From NCBI GenBank assembly GCA_964187785.1, contig OZ076413.1, positions 46,874,001 through 46,938,000 on the forward strand: a stretch of 64,000 nucleotides of DNA. Reading direction: 5' to 3'. Below the pieces are notes generated by a model, which did not search any database, was not told where the DNA came from, and saw only the letters and a list, made by a program, of their open reading frames with translations. This stretch comes from Amphiscolops sp. MND2022 (taxonomy: Eukaryota). Numbering within the stretch: position 1 is the stretch's first letter; every line of letters begins with the position of its first letter. This document shows, piece after piece, positions 1 through 9,893 of the stretch. Both the position numbers and the translations under genes were made by a program.

Positions 1-211
1 AATCAAAACTATCCAAATTTTTGACTTAATATACGAAGTGCAGCGCTATATCCGAATTTTTGACGTTAAATCCGAACTATATTGCGTTTTATTCAGGAGG
101 AGGCGGATGTTCCAAAACAGGTTTTCCATGAAAACGTCATACGCATATTTTAAAAACTGCACTTTTTGAGCGTTAGATTTAGCGCCGACTTTAAATGTTC
201 CCGTCTTGTTT
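1..211 (+). mobile_element. 3' end of DINE-1/Helentron-like non-autonomous element (HINE), truncated by window edge
   Basis: Ends GAGCGTTAGATTTAGCGCCGACTTTAAATGTTCCCGTCTTGTTT: subterminal repeat GCGCCGACT then CTTGTTT, the terminus shared by many copies in the window. Confidence 0.7.
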
Positions 212-292
212 CAGAAGGCAGTGCCATTGCCCATGCTGTTTCGTTCCTTCTCAGTATGAATGTTTAGAAAAGAATCAGTTTCGAAATGATTC

Positions 293-1753
293 AACAAGAC
301 GGGAACGTCTAAAGTCGGCACTATACTTTAGACGCAAAGGGTGAAAAAAAAGCGCAAAGATTTTAAAATATGCTCAGAACTTTCATATAAAAAACCCGAA
401 AAGTGTCGAAACACCCAAAGGGAGCCTTCCGTGCTCGAAAAACGATCGATTCAAAAGTTCGGATATAGCGTGCTGGGCGACATGAGAGCGCTTTTTTCGA
501 ACCTCGGTCTACTCTATAGTAAAACGCAATTCACTTCGGATATAACGTCATAATTCGGATATAGCGCAAAATTTTCGAACCTCCGCTGCTACATGGTAAA
601 ACGCATTTTACCACGTCCAAAGTAACCTCCAAAGTTCGGATTTACCGGGGACAAGGGAAGCGCATTTTTTCGAGCCTCTGTCTCTTCCTTCGTAGAACGC
701 AATATAGTTGAGATATAGCGTCAAAAAATCGGATATAGCGCAATATTTTTCAACCTCGAACTTCTCTTTAGTGAAACGTACCTTACGTCGGATATAACGT
801 CAAAAATTCAGATATTATTGAAAAATATTGCTTTGAAAAAACAATTTCAGACAAAAATTAGAATTTTGAACGAGTCTCACATCCAATTTGTTGCAAAATA
901 TCAAAAAAATGAAGGGGGAACCTTTGGCCCTGTCCCATTTTGTATATTACGTTTAAAATGAAATAAATGAAAGTGGAACCCTTTGCACTAACTTAGATGC
1001 GTTTCCGTTGACCGGTCCAGTAGTTTAGTAGTTTCTGTAAAAAGTGTCCACTACACATACATTGTCATCTGACGAAAAAACAAGCCGAGAACGGCCAAAG
1101 TCGGCGCTATATCTAAGGCTCAAAATTGTGAAAGGGGAACTCTTTGGGTTTTGTGAAACTCCAGCTGGTGGCAAAATATGAAAAAAAATGAATTGAACAG
1201 TGTCACAGTGTCAAAAAATGTAAAAGGGGGGACCCTTTGGGCTTTGTGAAACTCCAGCTGGTTGCAAAATATGAAAAAAATTGAAGGGGGGACCCTTTAA
1301 GGACTGAAAAAAATTGCCCCAAAAAATTTTAAAATGTGATTTTTGAACAGTGTCACAGTGCCGAAGAATGTAAAAGGGGGACCCTTTGGGATTTTTTGAC
1401 ATCCATTGTGTTGCAAAATATCGAAAGAAATGAAGGGGGGCTTTGGTGCAATCCAAAAATTTCAAAAGTCGCATAGTGCCGAAAAAAAAGTGGGGCTAAG
1501 GTGGGATCCTTATTGTGTTTTCGAGGTTCTGGACGTGTTTTGTTTTTTCTTTTCGTTTTGGACGTGCTTCTGAGGTTCGAGTGTTTTGAATCTCCATAGT
1601 TCAAGTTGTTGAACAAATGAACAAAAAAGTGGACCTTACGCGTCTAAAAAAAACTATACTGTAAGAGTCGGGCACATTTTCCCCTAAAATGCGCCGACTA
1701 AAAATGCCACTGTAACTGTCGTGCTCATTTTGTTAAAATGCGCCGACTAAAAA
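293..1753 (-). mobile_element. HINE copy with internal TTCGGATATAGCG repeats, interrupted by a nested HINE at 1078-1704
   Basis: Begins AACAAGACGGGAACGTCTAAAGTCGGC and ends GCGCCGACTAAAAA. Removing 1078-1704 restores a junction like the uninterrupted one at ~41125-41185. Confidence 0.7.
1078..1704 (-). mobile_element. HINE copy (same subfamily as 47272-47923)
   Basis: AAACAAGCCGAGAACGGCCAAAGTCGGCGC...GCGCCGACTAAAAA with tandem AAGGGGGGACCCTTT units; closely matches the reverse complement of 47272-47923. Confidence 0.8.
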
Positions 1754-3082
1754 TAAAAAATTGTCCAGCGATAGGAAAGTTAACTCATTGGTAGAAAATG
1801 AGTTAGAAAGTTAACTCATTGTTAAATTCCGTTTGTTCCAATGTTTCAATTGACGTGTTTCGCACTTTTCTGTAAGATTTGCTTTCTTAAAGGTCTACTT
1901 TTTTTACAATCTTCAAGCCTAAAAACTAAAGTTCTAACAGGTGGTAAAGGGTATTCCCTATAGGTTTTCTTCACTTTTACATCACAATAAAAAACCAAGA
2001 GTCTCCCTTTGGTTTTTTTTGGCACTCGAAAACGTTTTGTTCCACCGAGTTTTTTGACAAAATTCTTAGTTACTACAAAAGGGCTTCTCAATGGAAGCAT
2101 TTATGGTTTTTTAGAACTCTAGTAGCATGTATGAGAATTTCGTGAATACTGAACATATCAATATTGGAGCTTTTTGAGTTTTAAGCGGTGCGCCAACTTG
2201 AGGCGTTCTGGTATTGTTCGTATATTCTGACCGAATGGCGTAATTCATGATTTATCTCTGCATCACGTTACAGCAGATCCCTCCCTGTTCCATGTCATTT
2301 CTACTTAATGTTTTTGACCGCCAGCAATTTCTATCAGTTCATGTTAGGCCTGTTTTATTCAGTTGAAGGTCGTTGCGTTCATTTCGAGTGTCCTAAACAA
2401 CAATCTTCAACATGCTTGAATAGCTACAAAATCAAAGCAAACTGAACAACGCCTCGGCAATGCTTCGAACAACGTGCAATACGCGTTCCTAAGAATATTA
2501 TCAATGACGTCAAGCTGAAAGTGTGAACGGGCGGTGACTGATCATCATGCAACTCAATCGAGTAGTTATCTTAATTTATCTTCTGTAAATCTCATTTGAA
2601 CTCTAACCAATTTCAAAATTGTCAAATGACTAAATGTTCTTTTAAAAACTCAGTTAAAATTCAAAACAGACAAAAAGGTCTGATTCATCTGTCGAGCTCT
2701 GTAGTTTCATTGGCTTAGTTCTAATGTTTCATGGAAACAGTTTTGAATATCAATGTTTAATCGCTTTCGTGTAAGGAATTCAGTTCACTTTATTCGCTAC
2801 TTTCATAGTGTAAAAGATTAATTTTATGTTACTTTTTACAGCATCACTAACATTAAACAAATCATAATTAGTTGTCTTATAAACTAGGTTGAAATGTGAT
2901 AGGTTAAAATTGCCGTAGAAAGGATGAAATTGAATAAGACGAAATGTTTTGACGTCCAGATTTCTTACCTTCGTGTTCTTGATCTGCTGTAGACCTAAAA
3001 CAGATATTCACAACAAACCATTTTCCATATTGTGATTCATCATGGGGAAAAATCGACAGAAACGAAGCAACACAGAAACTCA

Positions 3083-3175
<93 letters not shown>

Positions 3176-3406
3176 TTAATATTTGAAAGAAAACTGATTT
3201 ATGATAAAACCAACTAACAGCTTGAAGCCTTTGCGAACTTTATCGACATCTACGCTCATGATTACACTGAAAAATAAGGAAATTAGAAAAAAAGGTGTAT
3301 CAATTTCCCGAATTTATTGAAATTGCACACATAGGGCCATATTAGGGTGTAGAATGGCTGTAAAAAATTTCGTTCGAATCGTATGGAGTTTTTGAAAAAA
3401 TCGAAA

Positions 3407-3841
3407 CCCTTCTAAGGAAAAATGCCCGACTATAGCTGTGACTTTTTTTTCTTCAGACTACAATCCTCACACTGATCGGTCCACTTTTTAGAAACAATCC
3501 TAAAACCACCTAAGGCCAAGGCAAACTTTACTCCAAAGGGTCCCCCCTTTCATTTTTTACTTTTTCAAGGAAACATACAAAACCGGACGTGCCCAAAGGG
3601 TCCCCCCTTTGGATTTTTTCGGAACTGTGCGACTTTTTTTTCGAAATTTTTTTTTTCGAAAACAAAACGGAATGTTTGGTAATAAATCCAGAAGGGTCCC
3701 CCCTTTTACATTTTTCGGCACTATGCGACTTCTTTTGAAAGAAATTTTTTTTTCAAAAATTTCATTTTTTTTCCAAAAAAAGTGTTTTACGCTTTTTGAG
3801 CCTTAGATATGGCGCCGACTTTAGACGTTCTCGTCTTGTTT
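3407..3841 (+). mobile_element. HINE copy; the preceding ~100 bp (3310-3406) recurs at 61712-61810
   Basis: AAAGGGTCCCCCC tandem units; 3' end GCGCCGACTTTAGACGTTCTCGTCTTGTTT. Confidence 0.75.
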
Positions 3842-4109
3842 CAAATGACACTGACAAGCTGCACTCATACTCAGACGCGGCTTCTAAAGGCGACCCATTG
3901 AGAAATCACGTTAAAACATGGTTATTAGCGAATGATATTACGATAAGAATTGAGCAGTGCATTTTCGAAACATCCTCTATTCGCTAGCGTCTGTGGTTTA
4001 AAAATGAACATCATGTACTTTCGCTGATTCATTTACTGTTAACAGCAATCGCTGTCGCTCTTTCATTTCACGCTATTTTGCTATAAAGAACAAGATTGCT
4101 CACAAACTA

Positions 4110-4270
4110 CAGCCAACTCCGGTTAATTCGTATCCGGATAATTCGAATATTCGTTTGATTAGCACGTATCATTTCGTGACGACCCAATATCATCCGGTTA
4201 ACTCGTATTTCTCATTATTCGTACTATTTTATTCGGTCCCTGGTGATACGAATTTAGGTGGATTCCACTG
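4110..4270. mobile_element. Tc1/mariner-pogo-like MITE
   Basis: TA|CAG...CTG|TA. Imperfect TIRs CAGCCAACTCCGGTTAATTCGTATC / GATACGAATTTAGGTGGATTCCACTG; TA on both sides. Confidence 0.6.
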
Positions 4271-4802
4271 TATTTGAAATTTTGTGGAGACTTTGAAACG
4301 AGAAAAGACTCTCAAATCAACAGAACTGTTTGTTTTGCAACCTTTTCTGTAGATTTTTTGGTAAACGTTCGAGATGAAAAATAGTTTTTCGGTCTTGCCA
4401 CGGCTATTCTCTACAGCATTCATAACAATCAAAACAATCTCCTTCTATGATAGGGCTCATGAATTCTTCGAAAAGAAAATTTCTTCAAAAAACTTATTTT
4501 TGTTGCTTGCCAACGGGAGCTTCACCAAGTCCTCTATCAAGATCTATCTACTGAGCAGTGAATTATGTTTTCTAGTGCTTAAGCTGTACGGTTGTCATAG
4601 TTCGATAAAGACTGGCAAATAGCTAAAATCATATAGCGCAAGCTTCAGTCGTCACTTTCACTGCCGGCACTTACTCCGATACTGCATTCCTTTCGCTTCT
4701 TTTGCACTTCATGTACAAGCCACCTAATTTACTGCCACTAAGCAGTATGTTTTTAGTCGGTGCGTTTAATTTTGAAAATAGGCCCCTCCGGGGCTCAGTA
4801 CT

Positions 4803-5171
4803 ATTTCTGCTTTAATCTTTATTTTTTTAAAACAAAAAATCATTAATAAAAGAATCATATCTGGAATACCAATACACTCCTGTTTAATCATTACTTAGAG
4901 CACAATTAATCACTGTACAAGTTTACACCGCCTTTAATTCTTCTCGGACTAAAGAAAATATAACTAAGCGTAGACGAAGTTTCGCATTCGCATTTGAATG
5001 CAGGCGAAGCTCTCAACGAACGAATAATTAACACTCATTCGCTTCATCTCAATGACGTCAGCATACGAATGGATAATTACCACTCGCTCGTTCTATCGCA
5101 CTAGAATTGAATTGTTGTCGGCAGCTTTCCCACGCTTACACTCACTGCCGAACAAAATATCTGAATTATTC
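4803..5171 (+). repeat. Unclassified dispersed repeat, copy 1 (copy 2 at 57468-57880)
   Basis: Aligns by eye with 57468-57880 over ~370 bp, e.g. GTTTCGCATTCGCATTTGAATGCAGGCGAA and ACTGCCGAACAAAATATCTGAATTATTC. Confidence 0.85.
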
Positions 5172-5685
5172 AGTAGGACGAAATTTGACGACTGAAAAAA
5201 AAAAAGGACCAACTTTGAGGTTACAATAACATTCCTGCTAAAGCAGAAATATTAAAAATGGGCCCTACAATTACAGTGACTAAAACAGTGGGTTTTTCGT
5301 GAAACCACAGAATGTATGTGACTGTTACACTTTTCAACAGAGTTTAGAGTTTGTTCACGCAGCCAGTAAGTTAGGATGGGTGCCGGTTCGATGTCTGCCT
5401 AGGACTAAATAATTTAGTTCACAAACCCTTGACGTGCCCCCTTGAAGTTTTTTTCAGCAACGTGCGATCTTTATTTCCCGTGGTTAAAAAAATCGTGTTA
5501 TATCAACAAGGTGTCTGGATTTTGAGAAAATAATGCACGCTCAACCTTTTTTTTGAGAGATTCAATTTTAATCCACAAAAACAAAGCGGCTTCTTTAGAA
5601 TCCGAACCCAAATACACTTGAAACCACAAATACATTTGAAACTGGATTAGCAGTCTCTTGGACTTTTTTGACAGTCTCTTGGAGA

Positions 5686-6519
5686 TCATCCATCTGCGAA
5701 AATGAAATCAGCATCTGGATCAAAATTGAGCAGACGGCCTTTCTTGTGTTTCTTTTGCTTCATAGACATCTGGTCAACCAAACGATTATAGGATTTTTTC
5801 TGCTTTTCATTCTTTGCAATACTTCTCAGTTTGTTTGGAGTTTTGAATGCCGGGTTTTTGTAGATCACATCGCCTTGAAGACTTCCATTCAAAATTTTCA
5901 CTGGTTCCATCACAAATCGAGGTCCTATTTCGGCCAACCCACTGCTGCTTTGGAGATTCTGATAATTTCTGAACCAAATACGGCCATCCACAACAGAAAA
6001 GGTGAAAACATGGTCAATGAAGGGCTGTGACTGGGGATGAGCGAAAGGAGTACTGAATATTGACACAAACAATTCTTTGTAAACCGAAAAATGCGGGTAT
6101 TTGTCAAATTCGGGCGAAAAAGACAACACAGCCCTTGAAGTTTTCAAACTATTTCCGGTCAGTTTCAGCTGCTCCATTGTACAAACATTGTGAAGAAGAA
6201 ACACTGCAGTCACTGCAAGTTTTGAGTCAGCCATGAAAAGGTATACATCTTTGACCTTGTGCGCTTCGAAATACATTATCTTTCCACAATTTTTCATGTC
6301 TGCAATTTCGTTCAAATCAGTTATTCCTCTCTTGCGATCGAACTTGCAGTCCGTTTTGGAGTGTGGTAATATACGAAGTAAGTTTTTGGTCAAATGGCGA
6401 CTCAGATAAGCAACTTTACGCGAACAGATGATCATTACTCTCGTCTTTCTTTTCCATTTCAATGCACGCTTTTTAGTAGGATGGTTAGGATTTGATATCT
6501 CAATATCTTCTTCGGGCAT
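5686..6519 (-). CDS. BRIX1: Ribosome biogenesis protein Brix1/Brx1 (Brix domain), 277 aa, single coding exon
   Basis: Brx1 motifs LPHSK, NEIADMKNC, TMEQLKLTGNSLK.SR.VLSF, PFIDHVFTFSVVDGRIWFRNYQ, LAEIGPRFVMEPVKI; intact ATG to TGA. Confidence 0.95.
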   Translation of the reverse strand: MPEEDIEISNPNHPTKKRALKWKRKTRVMIICSRKVAYLSRHLTKNLLRILPHSKTDCKFDRKRGITDLNEIADMKNCGKIMYFEAHKVKDVYLFMADSKLAVTAVFLLHNVCTMEQLKLTGNSLKTSRAVLSFSPEFDKYPHFSVYKELFVSIFSTPFAHPQSQPFIDHVFTFSVVDGRIWFRNYQNLQSSSGLAEIGPRFVMEPVKILNGSLQGDVIYKNPAFKTPNKLRSIAKNEKQKKSYNRLVDQMSMKQKKHKKGRLLNFDPDADFIFADG

Positions 6520-6824
6520 TTTCTGAAAAAAAAACGTTTAAGACATGAGTACACTTCAATTTCCAATGAGTCTCGGGCGAAGATTTTCAAAAACAATGCG
6601 CGGCTTTGGAATCCAGTAGAACAGAAAGACCTTTCGAATCTTTTTTACCCAGCAATTTTTCGTCCGTCTATTGGAAAAGTTTGCCACAGAAAAATGAACT
6701 TCTGGGACTATTTTTTCCTCTCTCAAATGACAGAGATCGTTGCCATTAAACAGGTGCTATGTAGGTCATCATGTATGGGGAGATGATACTATAACAACCC
6801 AAGCTCGACATGATTGTGAGAAAA

Positions 6825-6905
6825 TAGCCATTACAGGACTCGAAACTGCATCTGAAGACAGATCTAGCTAGCAGTCAAGCGCCTTAACCCTTAGACCAAA
6901 TGGCT
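6825..6905 (-). ncRNA. tRNA-like unit (Ser-GCT/type II-like body) in 3' LTR of TRIM copy 1
   Basis: 7-bp acceptor AGCCATT/AATGGCT, A-box-like D arm, CT-GCT-A loop, variable hairpin ATCTG-TCTT-CAGAT, TTCGAGT T loop, followed by TTTT. Confidence 0.75.
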
Positions 6906-7079
6906 TATTTAATCTGACCAATCATTCGACTTATCACTAACAACGTCGTTGTTATATTATCACCTTCAAACTGAAGCTGATGCCACACAGCTCCCAGTTG
7001 AACACAACACAACTGGGGATTCAAGCCACTTATGTAATGGCTACCAGTATAACAACCCAAGCTCGACATGATGAGAAAA

Positions 7080-7160
7080 TAGCCATTACAGGACTCGAAA
7101 CTGCATCTGAAGACAGATCTAGCTAGCAGTCAAGCGCCTTAACCCTTAGACCAAATGGCT
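7080..7160 (-). ncRNA. tRNA-like unit in 5' LTR of TRIM copy 1
   Basis: Same sequence and structure as 6825-6905. Confidence 0.75.
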
Positions 7161-7322
7161 TATTTAATCTCACCAATCATTCGACTTATCACTAACAACG
7201 CCGTTGTTATAATACACACCCGTGGTCTGCAAACAAAACTTTTTTAAAATCCTCTATCAGATATCATGGATCTTCGTCATCAATCAAGTGCCATGTGTAT
7301 CATCATGTTGGGGGAACAAGAC

Positions 7323-7801
7323 GGGTGGCTGTAAATAGGTCGAATTTTTCTGGTCGAAAGGACAGAGGTCGAACCTTTTGATCGAATTGCAGGGATCGAA
7401 TGGAATGCGGTCGAATTTTATCGTATTTGTTGTATGGCTCGGTCGCTTCGCTCCCTTCGTCAAGTAGCAACATTGAGGCATGGCCATATGGAACGTCGCT
7501 CCGCTCCTGCATTCAGGGCACTAGGGGTATGTGAACATATCTGACTACGTTATAAAAATTTCGATCCGAGTTGTTTCGATCCCATTCAAAAATTTGGGGA
7601 GACAGGAATAAGATCTAATGGAATAAGATCTAACGCTTTGTGATTGGTGGAGAACACCCCATCCATGTCAATTCGAGACATTTGATTGGTTTAGATCTTA
7701 TTCCGTTAGATCTTATTCCACCCTCCAAAAAATTTGGTATGTCGACCTGAGGACTAACTCTGATTTTCGATCCCGTTCCTTCGACCTATTTCCGCCCACC
7801 C
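7323..7801. mobile_element. Mutator-like MITE (TCGA-motif family) with nested MITE at ~7598-7726
   Basis: TIRs GGGTGGC...TAGGTCGAA / TTCGACCTA...CCCACCC; 9-bp TSD GAACAAGAC (7314-7322, 7802-7810). The nested element has GGAATAAGATCTAA/TTAGATCTTATTCC arms and an AAAAATTTG duplication. Confidence 0.75.
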
Positions 7802-8301
7802 GAACAAGACACACACCCGTGGTCTGCAACGAACGTAGGGAACCCCATGCTAGCCACTATCCCAGTAGACCAGTAACAAAAATAACAACAAACTACTCAT
7901 ACCGGCCACTAACGCAGTCGACCGGTAGAATATTTTTTAAAGCTGCAATAATATAGAGGTTTTTTTTTAAAAAAAACTACGTTATAAATTTCTTCGAACG
8001 CATCTCTGTCGCTCACAGTTCCTACAACACAGGCCGCATTGCGATCTGAAGAGCCATTGAAATCCGCTGCTTCAAATAGCTGCCAGCTCGTTGATCGTCG
8101 TGCGAACGACAGAGCATTTAACAGAGACGCGTGATGAAAATTGATCGTCTATTATTTCGCGATATTTCTCAATTTTACGCGCTTCAGCCTCGGGGACGGT
8201 GGTTCCCGGGTTACATGAAGAGCCTTATTTCAGGCGACTGGGTGCAAGACCATCCACAACCGTGACATCCCACACATGTTACCAGTCACTTGGCTTAATA
8301 C

Positions 8302-8844
8302 GGATGCAGGTCATTTCGCCTAATGCCATTTCGCCTAAAAATTTAGTTGAGTCATTTCGCCTAAAAAAATTAGGCGAAATGACCAAACGGGAATAACGTC
8401 TAAATAATCATGTTTCGAAAAAAGCTTTCTGAAAGCGAAAATATCAAAATGTGGGGCATATGCGGTGTATGCACACTCGCCCTCACCGTCGCAAAGACCA
8501 GCTCCCACTACGATCGCTTCGCGATCTCCGTTCCCGCTAGGTCTTTGCTCTTGTTCGACCTCGCTTAGCAAGATGGAACATAAGCGGCCCCAAGGGGCCG
8601 CGGGGCACTAGAAGGAATAGGACATATCCGAGGCACGTTTTCTATTTTATATCACTTTTTAATTTTAGATCTTAAACGATTTATTTGTTTTCCAATTTCA
8701 TGTGTTTTTCACGTTTCTGAGAAAAAATTAGGCGAAGTGACCAAAGTAAAAGACGTTTCGCCTAAAAAAATTAGGCGAAGTGACCAAACACGTTAGGCGA
8801 AATGACTTTAGGCGAAATGGCATTAGGCGAAATGACCATTTCCC
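8302..8844. mobile_element. MITE with CATTTCGCCTAA/TTAGGCGAAATG repeat arms
   Basis: 8-bp TSD CTTAATAC (8294-8301, 8845-8852); contains the shared ~190-bp core at 8452-8640. Confidence 0.75.
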
Positions 8845-8984
8845 CTTAATACCATTCGGCTTAATTTTTTCGTCGAGTCATTTGGCTTAAAATTTTTAAG
8901 CCAAGTGACCACAAAATTAAGCCAACTCCATTCTATAACAACGGCGTTGTTAGTGATAAGTCGAATGATTGGTGAGATTAAATA

Positions 8985-9065
8985 AGCCATTTGGTCTAAA
9001 GGTTAAGGCGCTTGACTGCTAGCTAGATCTGTCTTCAGATGCAGTTTCGAGTCCTGTAATGGCTA
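8985..9065 (+). ncRNA. tRNA-like unit in 5' LTR of TRIM copy 2
   Basis: AGCCATT...GCAGTTTCGAGTCCTGT-AATGGCT-A, then TTTT (Pol III terminator-like). Confidence 0.75.
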
Positions 9066-9101
9066 TTTTCTCACAATCATGTCGAGCTTGGGTTGTTATA
9101 C

Positions 9102-9115
9102 TGGTAGCCATTACA
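9102..9115 (+). promoter_or_regulatory. Primer-binding site of TRIM copy 2
   Basis: TGG-starting 14-mer one base after the 5' LTR; reverse complement of TGTAATGGCTA+CCA. Confidence 0.85.
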
Positions 9116-9242
9116 TAAGTGGCTTGAATCCCCAGTTGTGTTGTGTTCAACTGGGAGCTGTGTGGCATCAGCTTCAGTTTGAAGGAGATATTATAACAAC
9201 GGCGTTGTTAGTGATAAGTCGAATGATTTGTGGGATTAAATA

Positions 9243-9323
9243 AGCCATTGGGTCTAAGGGTTAAGGCGCTTGACTGCTAGCTAGATCGGTCTTGAGATGC
9301 AGGTTCGAGTCATGTAATGGCTA
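9243..9323 (+). ncRNA. tRNA-like unit in 3' LTR of TRIM copy 2 (variant)
   Basis: Same fold, with consensus B-box start GGTTCGAGTC and several substitutions. Confidence 0.75.
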
Positions 9324-9893
9324 TTTTCTCACAATCATGTCGAGATTGGGTTGTTATAATTCCAACTCAAGGAATAAACATGTCAACTCCCGGAAATATC
9401 ATGTTGTGCTGCATAAGCGGTGTATGCACGCTCGCCCTCACCGTCGCAACGACCAGCCCCCACTACGATCGCTTCGCGATCTTCGTTCCCGCTAGGTCTT
9501 TGCTCCTGTTCGACCTCGCTTAGCAAGATGGGATTATAAGCGGCCCCAAGGGGCCGCAGGGCACTAGAGGAAATGAGGACATATCCGAGGGGTACTTGAT
9601 ATGACATGTTATAATAATACGCTGACTACGTTATAAAGACAAATTCGACAAAATCTGCCACGTGTTTTCAACTAAGTGGTTTTAAGTCAAATGACTTTAG
9701 GCCAAGTGACCAATACCCGAGACACTTAGCTTTTAAAAATTAAACCAAGTGACCAATTGCATTAAGCCAAATGACTTTAAGCCAAATGGCATTAAGCCAA
9801 ACCATTTACCCCCACACCAGCTGTTTACCCATTTCCCAAGGAATCATGGTAACACCGTCTGGGCGTTTGCTATCGGTTCGGTACAGTCCACGC

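Larger units (their letters stand above)
6790..7211 (-). mobile_element. TRIM (non-autonomous LTR element) with tRNA-like unit in each LTR, copy 1
   Basis: 5' LTR 7211-7048, PBS 7046-7033 (TGGTAGCCATTACA), PPT-like TTTGAAGGTGA, 3' LTR 6956-6790. LTR termini TATAACAAC...GTTGTTATA; 4-bp TSD ATAC (6786-6789, 7212-7215). Confidence 0.9.
8934..9358 (+). mobile_element. TRIM with tRNA-like unit in each LTR, copy 2
   Basis: 5' LTR 8934-9100 (167 bp), PBS 9102-9115, internal hairpin CCCAGTTG/CAACTGGG, PPT GAAGGAGA 9181-9188, 3' LTR 9192-9358 (167 bp); 4-bp TSD ATTC (8930-8933, 9359-9362). Confidence 0.92.
8277..9812. mobile_element. MITE with TTGGCTTAA/TTAAGCCAA repeat arms, inserted in the CRE element; hosts MITE 8302-8844 and TRIM copy 2
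   Basis: Inverted motif arrays at both ends; CCCACAC of the CRE sequence occurs on both sides. Boundaries approximate. Confidence 0.55.

Noticed and set aside
430..830. CRISPR-like array of TTCGGATATAGCG repeats
   Set aside because: The spacers are related to each other, the array is internal to a HINE, there are no cas genes, and the context is eukaryotic.
1211..1616. ORFs with repeated KGPPF/FFGTMRL motifs (also 3609, 41333, 47679, 54922, 62032)
   Set aside because: Chance translations of the non-coding HINE tandem units.
6825..9323. Cluster of four ordinary tRNA-Ser(GCT) genes
   Set aside because: The anticodon stem is poorly paired, the discriminator is atypical, and all four lie inside the LTRs of a mobile element.
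6790..9358. The two inverted 425-bp blocks as long TIRs of one large element
   Set aside because: Each block has its own distinct 4-bp TSD and sits in a different host repeat, so they are separate insertions.
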